From NCBI GenBank assembly GCA_965235115.1, contig OZ249436.1, positions 23,624,001 through 23,688,000 of the forward strand: 64,000 nt of DNA. Reading direction: 5' to 3'. The position numbers were made by a program, and so were the translations under genes. The notes under the pieces were generated by a model. It had not been told where the DNA came from. It made no database searches and saw only the letters and a program-made list of their open reading frames with translations. The stretch comes from Laetmonice hystrix. Taxonomy: Eukaryota. The stretch's first letter is position 1. Each line of letters begins with the position of its first letter. Below, in pieces: positions 1 to 12,599 of this stretch.

Positions 1-216
1 ACTCTCGTATGAGTTGAAGAGTTTACTTTGGTAAAGATCACAACTATCACCGGTGATATTAAACCTTTCGTCACTGACCCCCATTTGTCAGTGACTTGCT
101 TTAAAGTCGATTCTCTACGGCCACTACCAGTTAAACTGACCGCCTCTATAATAAAATTAGCTGTAGTGAAGCAACTCCCCCACAAAGAGAGAACATTATT
201 GCCCCTCTGATGACAG

Positions 217-324
217 GTTTCCCGGGGTCACCCGGCAGGCAAGGAGAACGAGGAGTATCAGAATTTGTCGGATCGCCTGGACCGGCTGGACTTCCCGGCA
301 TCCCTGGTCAGCAGGGGGCCACTG
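217..324 (+). CDS. Collagen exon A (108 bp, 12 triplets; [36 protein letters not shown])
   Basis: cAG acceptor 214-216, GTatgt donor at 325; Gly-X-Y frame with a split Gly codon at both ends; one Gly position reads GAA (Glu). Confidence 0.9.
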
Positions 325-615
325 GTATGTTAAGAGCCTACTCATTACAATTCGACTGCAAGGGTTGCTTGTCTCGTCATCGTGTAACACTTTAATTTCT
401 CTGCTTTTTGTGTAGTATTATCGAGTTTAAACAATGTGTGTTTCAGTTGTTTGACAGGCCCCGGTTATTGTGAGCTAATAAGCTAACACATACCTTGCCA
501 GCATTGAGTTACCCGCAGTTTTTATTCTCCTTCACATCTCATTTTTAGTAATGTATGGACTTTCGTAATCAATCACAAAACACGTTTAATATGGGCTCTC
601 TGGCTCGGTTTTAAG

Positions 616-732
616 GGCTCCCCGGCATCCCAGGCCAACAAGGTGCTAGTGGTTTTGCTGGACAGTCAGGGTTCCCGGGTGAGAAGGGATCCAGGGGCTC
701 GGACGGTGGGCCAGGCAGGCAGGGACTAACAG
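616..732 (+). CDS. Collagen exon B (117 bp, 13 triplets; GLPGIPGQQGASGFAGQSGFPGEKGSRGSDGGPGRQGLT)
   Basis: ttttaAG acceptor, GTgaga donor; perfect Gly-X-Y. Confidence 0.92.
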
Positions 733-1018
733 GTGAGAACGGGAACATTTTGTAGTCCAGGTTATTTCTATATTCATGAAAACAAGAAAGAAACATGACC
801 TAATACATAAGAAGTCTTCGTGAAGAGTTAATTTTTGCTTAAGATGCACGATGCAAGATTTTGCTCATGTATACATGTTTGTATTTTGAAGTCTTCAGAA
901 CAGTGATCCTCACTTCCTGTTCCCTGTTTTATGGACGAAGCTATCCATCACACTATAGGGAGCCCGACTTTGTTAGAATGTCAGGTGTTTCATCCTACCT
1001 GTCCGTGTTGTCTCTCAG

Positions 1019-1126
1019 GTGTTCCTGGCCAGCCAGGTGTGACTGGCGAGCCAGGCCAGAGTGGACAACAAGGGTTGCCAGGACGAGATGGTGCCACTGG
1101 TTTCACGGGCAGACCAGGCAGTCCAG
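1019..1126 (+). CDS. Collagen exon C (108 bp; [36 protein letters not shown])
   Basis: tctctcAG acceptor, GTcagt donor; perfect Gly-X-Y. Confidence 0.92.
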
Positions 1127-2254
1127 GTCAGTACACCCATTACTCGAGAGACAAAGACTCTCGGAAGTGAACATAAATAAAATATCGCAGGAAATGCGAC
1201 ATGGCAATGTGAGGGTTTTTTTTCACTCTTAAGGTGCTTGCAACCTCCATTTCCTAATGGGTTCGTTTATTTTGCGTGTCTGACCTTCAAGCATGACAAA
1301 AACTATTTCTATAAAAAGGATAATTTGACCTATTTTTACTCAGTCACATGACCTCAAATTCTGGTTCTATGACCAGTTTCCCAGAAATCGGTCAAATCCC
1401 TGGAAGTTTTCAAGAGATGTTAATGATATTTGGTGGGCTTAAAGAGGGTGGAATGCTAATTCAAATTTATGGAAATTTTCTCCTGTGACGACACCGACGT
1501 CATCTACCTATTTGAAATAGGAGCATCCTACCTTCATAGTTGTGAGGCTCGATAGCAGATGTTTTCAGACATTAAACTAATTGGCTTTACCATAGTAATT
1601 ATTCATGGGGAATGGGATTAATGAGTCCTTTGAATCATGGCGTCTAGTTCCTTTTAAATACGTGTAGGTCCAAGCTGACCTTGATACACCTTTTATTGAC
1701 ACTTTTTTCGCGCAGTCTTAAGTATGTATTGATCATTAATTATGTCAGTGCTCTGTGTCTCCTTCACAAGATGAACGGGGTTGACCATGTGGACCCAATC
1801 TAGCTTTAATATTGTCCAGACTTTGAGAGGGGCTTGTAGGTATTTAGAGCACTGGTCAGTTCAGGTGGCTCCACTCAGTCCGTGCCATTTACTTTGTATT
1901 TATGACAGTTAATATTCTTTGGATTTGTCAGATACTTTTCACCTGTGCTTTTGGTGTGCAGTTATTGTGCGTTATTGATGTCTCCGCAGGAAGCGTCAAG
2001 TAACCTTATCGCCTTCAACTCTCTGTTGAGAGTCGTTCATTTTCTGTGATTGGTTGTTGTTAATCATTCAAAGATGATACAATATGGCGAGAAAACTACC
2101 CTTTGTAGCATGGAGTATGAACAAATGCCTCGAATATGTTATAATTGTACCATGGTCTAGTGGTGACATGCACACACACATAAATCTGTGTGTGGGTGTA
2201 GGGCAATAAACAGCTCAGTGCACCCCCACCCACACACACATTTGTGTGTGTGGG

Positions 2255-2555
2255 TGTATTAAATACAAAAAGTTTTTGTATTTAATACAGAAACTTTTCG
2301 TATTAAATACAAAAGGCTTTTGTATTAAATACAAAAAGTTTTTGTATTTGATACAGAAAGTTTCTGTATTTAATACAAAAACTTTTTGTATATATACAAC
2401 AACTTTGTGTATTTAATACAAAAACTTTTTGTATCTAATACAAAACGTTTTTGTATATATACAAAAACTTTCTGTATTTAATACAAAAACGTTTTGTATT
2501 TATACAGAATTTTTTTTATTTAATACAGAAAGTTTTCGTATATATACAGAAAGTT
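2255..2555. repeat. About 21-bp AT-rich quasi-palindromic tandem repeat (tgtattaaatacaaaaagttt)
   Basis: Roughly 14 degenerate units, directly visible. Confidence 0.85.
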
Positions 2556-3058
2556 ACTCTTGCATATCCAATCTAAAGTTCATTGCTTAGGGTATTGCAC
2601 TTCAAAGAATCTGTATGGCCGTCTAATTGACCAGAACGAATCAGAACGGGGGTGGGGGGTTGGGGGGGGTGGATGAAGGCTGGGCGGGGAGGTAACCGAC
2701 TGACCTAATATAGCCCAGCAGTGACCATGCACTGGTCTGGACTGGAACATCCAAAGGAGCATTTAAAAAAATTAAAACAGCTATAGCCTATTTATTTTAA
2801 GATATGAAGGGAATCTATCCATTTTTAGGCAATGAACAAGATATATATTTTGTTGAGCCTTATAAGGCCAGCTTGTTCTAAGGTGGCTCTTCTAGGTCAC
2901 AGGCTCCTGCATGACTGCAACCTGACCCATCCAACTCCCCTTTCTCGATCGTCATTGCTAATTTGGAGCCGCCCACTAGCTGCTCCCTCTTCCTTATCTC
3001 ACCCTGGTTCACACGCTGATCCAGATTACGGTGGAGACTCACCGAAGATACGTCTTTA

Positions 3059-3687
3059 GGCCGTGTTCACAATACAACACAACAAGGGTACAATCTAAAG
3101 TACCCTAAGCAATGAACTTTAGAAATCTGCCGGCAAATAACCGCTATAGCGGGAGCGCGCCAGGTATGAACGCGCGTATCTGAGGTAAAATACCCAGGGT
3201 AAGCTGCCGAGATATCTCGGGTGGTGGAGAGAAATAGCTCTGCCCACAGAAATCTTACCTCGGGTAGCTGTAATGTGAATGCGGGATTTGCCGAGAGTAG
3301 CCATCAGAGGGCGTTACGGGCGCATGGATATCGCTGAAACTCTAGCGCAAGGAGTATATTTATCAAATTCTTAGACCTTACACCTTCACTGAACACCTCA
3401 TTTTTATTTATATTGCATTTCTCTAAAAGTAGAGGCCCCGCAAACAAACTCACACTCCCCTCCGGATTAAATTACCATGTGTGCCCAATAAGTCGATTTT
3501 CATGTGACGTATTTAGTTCTAATGAATTTGATGAAATTCCACCTTTTTCCAAAACATATCATATTTAGGTTCCTCTGCTCACTACTCCTATAGCGGCAAG
3601 AAAGTTCCCGCGGCAAAGCGTGGGTAGTCTTTATCAAACCTTATCTGCCGGCAGAAGCTCCCCTGGCAACTAGGTGTGAACACGGCC
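3059..3687. mobile_element. PIF/Harbinger-like MITE nested in the 2150-3984 element
   Basis: TIR ggccgtgttcaca / tgtgaacacggcc; TTA duplicated at 3056-3058 and 3688-3690. Confidence 0.8.
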
Positions 3688-4871
3688 TTAGGGTGTAATA
3701 AAAGTGCGTGTTATTCACACACGAGGACACAGAAACGGGCGGTGTAGTTGCAAAGTTCCCAATTAAAGGGGTCACATAAACCACAAAGCAGCCCTAAGAT
3801 AATTGCTATATGATAAGCAAATGGACAGTTAATGCCATGTTAAATGTGTGGATGTGTACAGCTCAGTGCACACACACACTACACACCCCCACCCCAGGGT
3901 GTGTGTGTGTGTGCACTGAGCTATTTATTGCCCTACCCCCACACATACATTTATGTGTGTGCGTATGTCACCACCAGACCATGGTATAATTGGGTATGCA
4001 ATGTTCTTTTGGCACCATTTGTTGGGATTTGGGGCAATTTTGTTTTTGGGAGGGGTACTAAGGGGGGGGGCAGTCTGTCCATTATTTTGGACAGTGTGTA
4101 CCTGGGACACATACTGCTGTTCAATATTTTGGACATTATGCACATTACTTATGGTGAAACGGCAAATAAACTTGCCCATTTTTTTATTGTGATGTTCGCA
4201 TTGGGGTGCTTCATGACTAGCAACCCAGAAAATCCCCCGAAAAGTTGGGGGGGATTACCCACCCCCTGCCCCCTATTCTGGTGCCACTGAAGTATCAAGA
4301 CCTGGTCATAGATGCATGATGTCCAATATTCTGGACATGGCTTCCAGGCATAATACCCAGTATTTTAGACAGTGAATAAAATCAGGTGCATTCCAACAAA
4401 TACACATGCATTACAAAGCTTATGTATGCTATTTGTTTAGTTTAGTCAGCTTGGGGGAAGATTGTAGTGTGTTTCTCTTATCTCAAGATTGAGATGTCTC
4501 AGAGAGACTTCACTCATATGGTAATAACGAGGGGCCTTAGCTTAGGGAGGGTTTTCTCCCACAGTCTGCGCTGGGGAGGTGCATCGTTTTTATTCCAGTA
4601 TGGGGTTCTGCTTGGTGGATATTTCATGGGGTGATTGGAAGAGTTTGGTGGTTCTTCTGTACTTGACCAATTCTCTCGAGGATAATATTACTAAAGACTT
4701 AAAGGTAGCTAAGATGCTAAAAGGTGTTTAATGTTGTTGCTAGTTTGGAATTATTTTGGCACCGCATCTTCGTCTCCCGCCTTATGTATAATGACTGGTT
4801 TGAAAATGGCGACCAGTTATGTTACCTCACATACCCTTTTAAGTATCTTTAACGAGGTAACAGTGCCATTT

Positions 4872-6345
4872 GGGTCATTCCATGTGAAATCACCCAATTT
4901 TCAGACAAATCCCATAGTGATAGTCTTGGATTTGCTTCAATTTTTTTTGACATGTTGCCTGTGGTGCCAAATGAAAATATGCCAAGTTTTACCTCATTAT
5001 CATTTATAGTTTTTTTTATAGGGGGTCAAAAAAGGGGGCGTGGCTCCTTTTATCGCGACAAAAATGCTGCCGACAGATTTATTCCCATCTTTAACAAACG
5101 ATAGCTCAGAAACTATCAAAGATATCAACTTGATTTTTTCAACATGGATCCTTCATCATGTACTCTCTTGTTGGCAGATGCCAGATTAAAATTTAATCAA
5201 TTAGGAGTCAAGCAATTATCTACTACATTTAAGCATCTTTCTGACGAAAATGAAAAATCGTCACATTTCAGATCAGCTTTTCACCCATACCTCATAGGAT
5301 GAATTGAGTTTAGTTGTTTCTAAATGATAGTACAACTAAAGGGCTTCCTACAGTAACAAAAGCAGTTACTTAAGATCAGTAGTTTTTTGGCAAGAATAGC
5401 AGGTACCGGGTCTCAGCAGGAAAAAAACCCTATTTGGGCCCCTTTTTTGAAGATGTGGGTATCCTTCGATTTTGTTAATAATTATATCATCAGAAAGCCC
5501 TTGATGTGTACCATCAGCATACCTATTTTCATTGTTAAACTAGCACCCTTTCATCTTGAAAATAAATATTGCTTTTTAAAAATATTGACACATTTCGGAC
5601 GTCATCATGCCCACCATGATTTTCTAAAGATAATACTGAAAACACATTCCTATATGCCTATTTTCAGTGTGCAACTAGTACTCTTTCATTTTGGAAAAAA
5701 TTACTGTATTTTAAAATTTTGACATTTCGTAGGTCAGGGTCGGGGCCCATAAATTTTTGCCTAAAAATTGACGTAGCATTGACGTAAGAAGTAGAATGCT
5801 ACTTCTTATACCGATTTGACGTAGGCCCACCTCCGTCCAAGTGGAGAGCCGTCGGTAGGGACTTCTTTGGCGTGATGTGGGCCTTTATTTCAACGCAACA
5901 TCAATTTTTATTAAAACTTTAATGGGACCACATAGAGTATGTTCCTCGTGCCACCATGAAACTTCATATATGTTGATGTAACATTATAAAATACATTAAT
6001 TCAAAGTTTCGTATATTAATTCTTATTTTTGGAAGTTACGCAGGCAGGCTCCACCTGCGTAGAAATAAGCCTCTTGCGTCAGTTATGTCGGTTACTTCTA
6101 TTTGACATAAGTGATTATGGGCTATCTAAATTCTGACGTAACATTTATGGGCCCCGACCCTGGTCTGAGGATACCCTGTAAAGAAAATTCCAATGCACTG
6201 CTAGATCACCACTATTGTAGTTCTTTCATATTTCACTAGATGGCAGGCCAATCCACAGAAGCTGGCAAAAAAGTGGGAGCACATTCTAATTACAGGGTTG
6301 CCAGACAACCAGACAGATTCCAGATTGAAAATAGGCATGGTGACA
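4872..6345. mobile_element. Partial DNA-transposon-like repeat with a terminus resembling the 44180-46848 element
   Basis: Begins gggtcattccatgt, like the ends of the 44-47 kb element. No matching right end found; the right boundary is approximate. Confidence 0.4.
5736..6161. mobile_element. MITE with about 19-bp TIRs
   Basis: agggtcggggcccataaat / atttatgggccccgaccct; GGTC on both flanks (alternatively a 2-bp GT TSD). Confidence 0.75.
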
Positions 6346-6740
6346 GTACACATCAAGGGAGCACCTTCTGATGATATAATTATTATCAAAATAATTTGCA
6401 TTTACGTCACGCCACGTGACGAAACATGACGTATAATGTTACGTGACGTGTGTTACATCACGCAAATAGTATGTGATCGTTATTTCCGACCATGTAATGT
6501 GGCATAACCTGATATGTCATGTGGTGATAAAGTTACATGACGTCACGCAACTCTCATTAGGGCCTCTAATGCTGCTGGCACAAAACTATTGAACTACAAT
6601 GAGTTCTGAAATCAACCCTACAGCTACTGTCACGGGTATAGCCCAATTCTAGTTTCATAGTGAAACTTAAATGGTACGTTAGCCTCATATTCAAAGATCA
6701 GTTTGTGTATGATATTGATAGTTACGTTTTCCACCGGCAG

Positions 6741-6857
6741 GTGTCCCTGGTTTTCCTGGTCAGACGGGAGCACCCGGCATTTTCGGGAGAGATGGACTTC
6801 GAGGTGACACTGGAGCCTTTGGAGTGCCAGGGCAGAGCGGTTTTCCAGGAGCGCCAG
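6741..6857 (+). CDS. Collagen exon D (117 bp; GVPGFPGQTGAPGIFGRDGLRGDTGAFGVPGQSGFPGAP)
   Basis: cAG acceptor, GTacgt donor; perfect Gly-X-Y. This frame is not shown in the ORF track. Confidence 0.92.
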
Positions 6858-7181
6858 GTACGTGTGCACCTGTATGCAAGGTGTGCATTGTCAACAACGA
6901 TCTCTTGATTCAATAGCTCGCTAAAACTAGCTGTTATAATCAGGCCTACGATATATCAGTAACTCTACCGGTATCTGTTTTTCGACACTACATGGGGGTT
7001 ATGTGTCTCTTTAAGTGTACTTTGCCCCAAGTAAAGTAAAGCACCGCACCAAGCAGAAAATAGAAAAAAGGAGTAGGCCCTAGGCCTGGTGGCCTAAGAC
7101 TGTATAGGCTCTCCAGATACCTTTTATCCTAAGTCCCTCCACAACAATGTGTATGCCTCTGATTAGGCTTATACCGACCAG

Positions 7182-8552
7182 GGCCCGTTTCATAACTAAT
7201 AACGCAGCTGCGTTATCGCAGATGCGCAAATAGCCTCATTTGAGGTTAATGCGTTGCATAACTAAGAATGCAACGCACTATGCGTTCATAGTGCGCGTTG
7301 TCTGGCTCTACAATCGTTTAATTAATGCACACCTATAAGGGTCTGTGCTAACTTCCCATTATGAAATATAAAGCCGGCAATTCTACGAAAATACGTAACG
7401 TTGATACTTAAATTGAAAAGTAGAGGAGACTGGGGCCTGGGGCCTGTTTCATAAACAGCGTGAAAAAAGTCACGTAGTTAACGTAAGTGCAAAAAAAATA
7501 ATGTAACCACTAACGTGCCAAATTTTTTTCCGTTTCATAAAGCACTTCGTTAATTTGAGGCACATACGTTAATAATATGCACGCAGACAGCGTAAACTAC
7601 GTACATTACGTACATTACGTAAATTAGCACCGCTCTAGAAGTGCTGTTTCAAGGAAATTCCGTGATGACGTCATTTCCAGTGCGGACTTCATAAACAGCG
7701 CGAAAAATGTTACGTAGTTATTTTTCTGTGTCAATCCGTCTGATTGGGTTGATACGAGGAAAAAAACTCCCGGCGTTTACCACCCCGCTCCATAGCCATC
7801 TTTGATTAACATTTGGCGCCAATATTCAACGGATATTGATGAGTTTTAACTCTAACGAGCACCTTTGAGGTGCACGTGGATAACGTGGCATTTTGGTTCG
7901 ATTACGTGCCCAAAATGAGCATGTAACGTACGTATTTATTTTTATGAAACACATAATGTGCGATTTCAATTTCACGTTACGTAGATAAGGTACGTAGGGA
8001 GAGAAACAACTTTATGAAACGAAAATTCACGTAAAGTAGGTAAAATCAGAGTGTTGCATAAGAAAGAGGTCACAAATAGTGGTCCTTATAGGCGTTGCAC
8101 AAAGTAGCGCTCCTTAAGCGAGGTCTCTCTGTACGATCGCTAAACCGCCTAACAGTTGCTAAAATGGTTGCTAGAGGCCTCCGATAAGGCCCACCAAAAA
8201 GGTGCGCGCTAAAGGCTGGAAGAGTGGAGTGTCTCATCTACCTGGAGTCTACACGAGTGACATATGGGGTATACGTTGTATTTAGGGGTCGGAACTCTTT
8301 GTAGCATGTATAATGCAAGTCCAGATACTGAATTAACTCATAAAGAATGGTCAATTTATAGTAGAATAGGGGAGAAGCTGAGAAATTAGGTTATAGCAAA
8401 AATACCGCCGTTAAAATTGTTTGCAGAGGCGGATTGAGGGGGTTGGGGCGCACCCCCCCCCCCATAAAAAATGGCTTGCTATCTTCATCGTTCGCTAATA
8501 ACGCACTTGTGCGTTATTAGTGTGCGTTCGCTGTTAGTTATGAAACGGGGCC
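7182..8552. mobile_element. Harbinger-like MITE (CAG target) with a related nested partial copy from about 7437
   Basis: ggcccgtttcataactaa / ttagttatgaaacggggcc, flanked by CAG; internal ctggggcctgtttcataaac with ACGT-rich subrepeats. Confidence 0.65.
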
Positions 8553-8617
8553 CAGGACTGTAAAATTGTTTACCTGTATGCAGTAGGCCAACTTTTCACG
8601 TGAGTGTTTTTACATAG

Positions 8618-8725
8618 GCCGCCAGGGGGCTACAGGAAGCCCAGGAGGTTTGGGACAACAGGGTTTCCCAGGCGACCCAGGGAGTCCCGGTCTTATCGGG
8701 GCAACAGGCCTTCCTGGTATCCCAG
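8618..8725 (+). CDS. Collagen exon E (108 bp; GRQGATGSPGGLGQQGFPGDPGSPGLIGATGLPGIP)
   Basis: ttttacatAG acceptor, GTttgt donor; perfect Gly-X-Y. Confidence 0.9.
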
Positions 8726-8946
8726 GTTTGTTTTATTAGTTCATCTATTCGTAAAGAGCGAACCGTGTACATCATGTGCACGACTATAATGTTTCACCTC
8801 ATTGATAAGTGTAGTCCTATCTAAGTTACGTACCGGTTTATTAGATGGACCGGTTTTCAGATGGACCTAATGACCCGTGGGCTATCTTTCACTTGGCAAA
8901 TACATTAGCAGTCTGCTTATATTAATGTTGTCAATGTGATTGGTAG

Positions 8947-9063
8947 GGTTTCCCGGCCGGACAGGCGCCATGGGTCTGGGAGGCTTGCCTGGCGGACCCG
9001 GCCCAGTAGGACCCCAGGGAGACACCGGCACACCCGGTTTTGATGGAGCGCCAGGAGCAACAG
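8947..9063 (+). CDS. Collagen exon F (117 bp; GFPGRTGAMGLGGLPGGPGPVGPQGDTGTPGFDGAPGAT)
   Basis: tAG acceptor, GTacga donor; perfect Gly-X-Y. Confidence 0.9.
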
Positions 9064-9595
9064 GTACGAAACGAGCACCGCAAATTGCAGCATTTACGTG
9101 TATGAATGGGTCGGCACATTTAAATATATTAGCATAAATAGGTCACAAACATAATAGTAGAATATGCTACTTTAATGAACTGGATATTGTTATTTTTTTA
9201 TATTTTATATAATTTTGTCGTTTTTTCGTAATGGATGTGATGGGTCTATCATGGATCCATTTGCCGAGAGCCTAATGGGACGATTTGGTCAGCAAACACC
9301 AAAACCCCTGTTAAAAATGTATGTCAGATTAAATTGCAACGTGACAACATATAAGATTCTTGTATTATATCAGATTCGGGTTGTTTACACAGGTAGATTT
9401 AGGCCTACAAATATTTCCCCCAACTCAACCGTTTTTCCACAAATCGCACAGCTACCCTCTCTTCCTAGGACTTCCAGTGATGAGAACTCAACATGGCGAC
9501 TACATTGCTTGTCGTCCTCCTAGCTCATGATTTCAAAGTTGAAACTAGACATCATGATTGCAAGCAATACACTCATCCCATTTCCTCTTGAAAAC

Positions 9596-9848
9596 GTGGC
9601 CGAGTGGTCTAAGGTGTTGGTTCATGACACCTAGGACTATCGCCTCACACCGCTGCTGTCCGGGTTCGATTCCTGCCCTGGGCTGCATGTGTGAAAGGTT
9701 TGTCAGTCAGTTCCTTCCCGAAGGTCGGTGGTTTCCTCCCGGTCCTCCGGTTTCCTCCACCAAGAAAAACTGACTTTCCTCATCATCTTCACCGGCGTGA
9801 TATGCCCCTGGCTGTTGCAAGGCGCAAAACCCCAAATACCCACCCTAC
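9596..9848 (+). mobile_element. tRNA-derived SINE, slightly 5' truncated
   Basis: A box tggccgagtgg, B box ggttcgattcc, V/Meta-type core (ggtttcctcccggtcctccggtttcctccacc), CCCA-rich tail; 14-bp TSD cctcttgaaaacgt at 9584-9597 and 9849-9862. Confidence 0.88.
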
Positions 9849-10329
9849 CCTCTTGAAAACGTACACCACCAGGTGTGATTTGCATACCATCGAATACCAA
9901 AGATAGGTCAGGTGCTGTGACTACTGAGCCACTTTGGGTCCAAATACCTGCACAGCACCCGCACTTCTCAGTGGGTCACCCATCCATATAATGGTTTATC
10001 CCATCATTGCAAATTGCTTAAAGTTGCGTATTATTATTGGCCTAAGAAGTGAACTTGGAAATATCAGATAAAAAGGTTGTCAATGGTGGCATTGAAACCC
10101 ACTATTTATGGCTTTGAGGTTATAGTGGGCCAGCAAAAGTTGATTTTTTTTCACTTTGAGGGCATTGGTTGTTAATAGCAGGCATCCATGCTAGATCAAT
10201 CAACAGACTGTTTCCAAGTAACTCCCAAGACGCCCGGTGGTGGCGCTGTTGTTGCTAGGTCTGTGAAGCGCACCCTAGCCACGCGTTCTTACTGTGTCAG
10301 TTAGACTTATTGTCCAGATTAAGTACAGA

Positions 10330-11240
10330 TTTTGTTGGGTTTTGTGCATTGGACTGTCCCTGGGTTGAAAAAGTACCTACAGGAGCGTGGAGTTGCCGTC
10401 ACAGGGCACAAGAACTTGAAGAAGGGAACTTTAGTTTCTCTTTGCAAGAGTTTTTCAGAACAGAACTTGGACGTCGTGGATCCAAACTTCAGTACTTGGA
10501 ATGTGGCTGATGAGATATCCAAAAGGTTGAGTTCACTGGGGATCAAGGTGATTTGTTATCTCTACAAGGATTCAAGGATTCACGGATGACCTCAGCAGTG
10601 CGCCACTATTCACAGTTCGTGATATTTTTAACTATCAGATCTGCAGTCTTGGCTGATCACTATGATGGAGAGAACTTGAATGCATGGAAGAGCATCAGTG
10701 ATCGCTGTCTGACAGTTGATGGCACGTTTGCGGACTAGGATAATGGTACTCATTCATGGTATTTAAAGAAAATAACAGATGAATCAGAGAAACTGTATCC
10801 TAGTTGCGTTCAGATATCCCAGTCATGCTTGATGTCTAGAGGGGAGACAGATCAACCCAGAGAGGCATTGAAAGCAGACCTTTAAAGTTATAACAACACT
10901 TCGTTCTGTTGAGACAGGGTGTGGCGTCTATATAGTTGTTGTTAAAAGAACGTTACTGTTTGGTTATTAATAAAATGAGCCCCCTGAGCCAGACAATGAA
11001 GGGAGGTGTGAACCCTACAAAGAGGAGCGTCGGGTGCATGACTTGTTAAGGGTGGCGCACACAATGACACATTGAGATGTGTCACAAGATTGACTCAACA
11101 CAGCGAACAGTCCCAGAACAGAGAAAAATCCTTCTTTTGGAGGGCATTCTGTTATTATTTATTTCTTGCCGTGGCCGCTTTTCTTGTGGCCCATATCGTA
11201 GGTCTACTGTTGCAAAGTCCCCACGAACACGTTGGCATGT
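10330..11240. pseudogene. Degenerate DNA-transposon coding remnants (SAP-like on +, THAP-like start on -)
   Basis: WTVPGLKKYLQERGVAVTG...LVSLC resembles a SAP domain. Minus-strand MPTCSWGLCNS near 11238 resembles a THAP N-terminus. This pairing occurs in ISL2EU/Kolobok-type elements. Confidence 0.4.
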
Positions 11241-12599
11241 TCTGCTATTGTCGCCCGCTGTTTGTCTCATACAGTCGACAAAATGTGGCAATTTTCTCAT
11301 CGGCTGTATGCAAACCACTGTTCTAAGAAATTGTACTTGTTCCTGGAGTAACCCTTGACCGGTTGGTGATAGTGGTTGTGTTGTATGCAGAAGCTACCTT
11401 GTACAATTTTAAGGCTGTCCGTGCCGTAGCGTGTAATTGACAACAAATAACAATTGGGAAACTTTAATGAATAACGGAGTATCCGACTACAGGCTTCTGG
11501 GTAAATAAGGGTATGGTTATTATAACTGCTATGGTTATTATAAGAGGTTGTCTCGGTGTTTTTAGGTGTTCACTTAAACGCCGCTAGGGGGCGTGGCAGC
11601 GTCAAATCGCCCCAAGTCCTAGTCCTGACTCCGAAGGAGTGACAGTCAACGGGGTGGGTGGGAGTGGTTAAAACGTCTGCTTGCTTCCAGGGCTAAAGTT
11701 CGAATGAGAAGGTCAACCGCTGCCACCCCAGCGGCAGCGCACGCATGCGCATGGCAGGGGCGCCGATGGGGGTTGTTCTTTAGTCAATTAAGCTCAATGT
11801 ATACATTACTCCCAATGCTAGTCAATGGGCATAGGCTGCTCGCTTCACAGACCTCGGCTGGTTGCTAGGCCTTGCTGGGGACGGTGGCCATTCTTGAAAA
11901 TAGTCTATTATAGAGTGAAAAAAAGTGGGGGCGGAAGCCACCCTGAATTGGGACTTTCAAGGTCATTTGCAAGGTCAAACAACAAAGTTGGCGCAAAGGG
12001 GCATATTTTCCCTTCTTCAAAAAGACCAGTGCCGGCCGCACAGAAGGTTGATAGTGCTATCAGCATCACTATCAATACTGATAGCCATTGAGTTTTAGTG
12101 GCCAGTATCAACACCCACACTATCAGCACCTTCTGTGCGGCTGGCCCAGGGTATGTTTGCCATCTCTCCCAGTGCCAACATACCCATTTTAATCCTCTGG
12201 ATCTATTACTTTTAAACAGGTTTATCATATTTATCATACCCGTTGCTAAGGAATTATAAATAAATGTATCGGTTGCTAAGCAACATAATTTTAACGGTTC
12301 AACCACAGTCTGGCAAACAATAGATTTGGAATACACGTTTGACATATTTCCTCATTGTATTGTCATTACCAGAAGTGAAATAGCAGATGTCATGTTCACG
12401 GTCATTCGGCTCACCTCGGAACTGTCGTTGCAGATCTCTAGGCCATCGCTCGTAGGCCGCCATATTGGAATTACTTAATTATGTCACATGATCTGCAGTG
12501 GACAAAATGTCCTAAAAGTTGTCAGCCCTGGCTCTATCGCACCAAGGAGGGTTAACTCCAAATTGTCATAGTCCTAGGCCTAATAGTAATGGGGCAATA

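Larger units (their letters stand above)
2150..3984. mobile_element. Non-autonomous TIR element (Tc1/mariner-like MITE)
   Basis: About 100-bp imperfect TIRs (ccatggtctagtggtgac... / ...gtcaccaccagaccatgg), flanked by TA on both sides. Confidence 0.75.
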
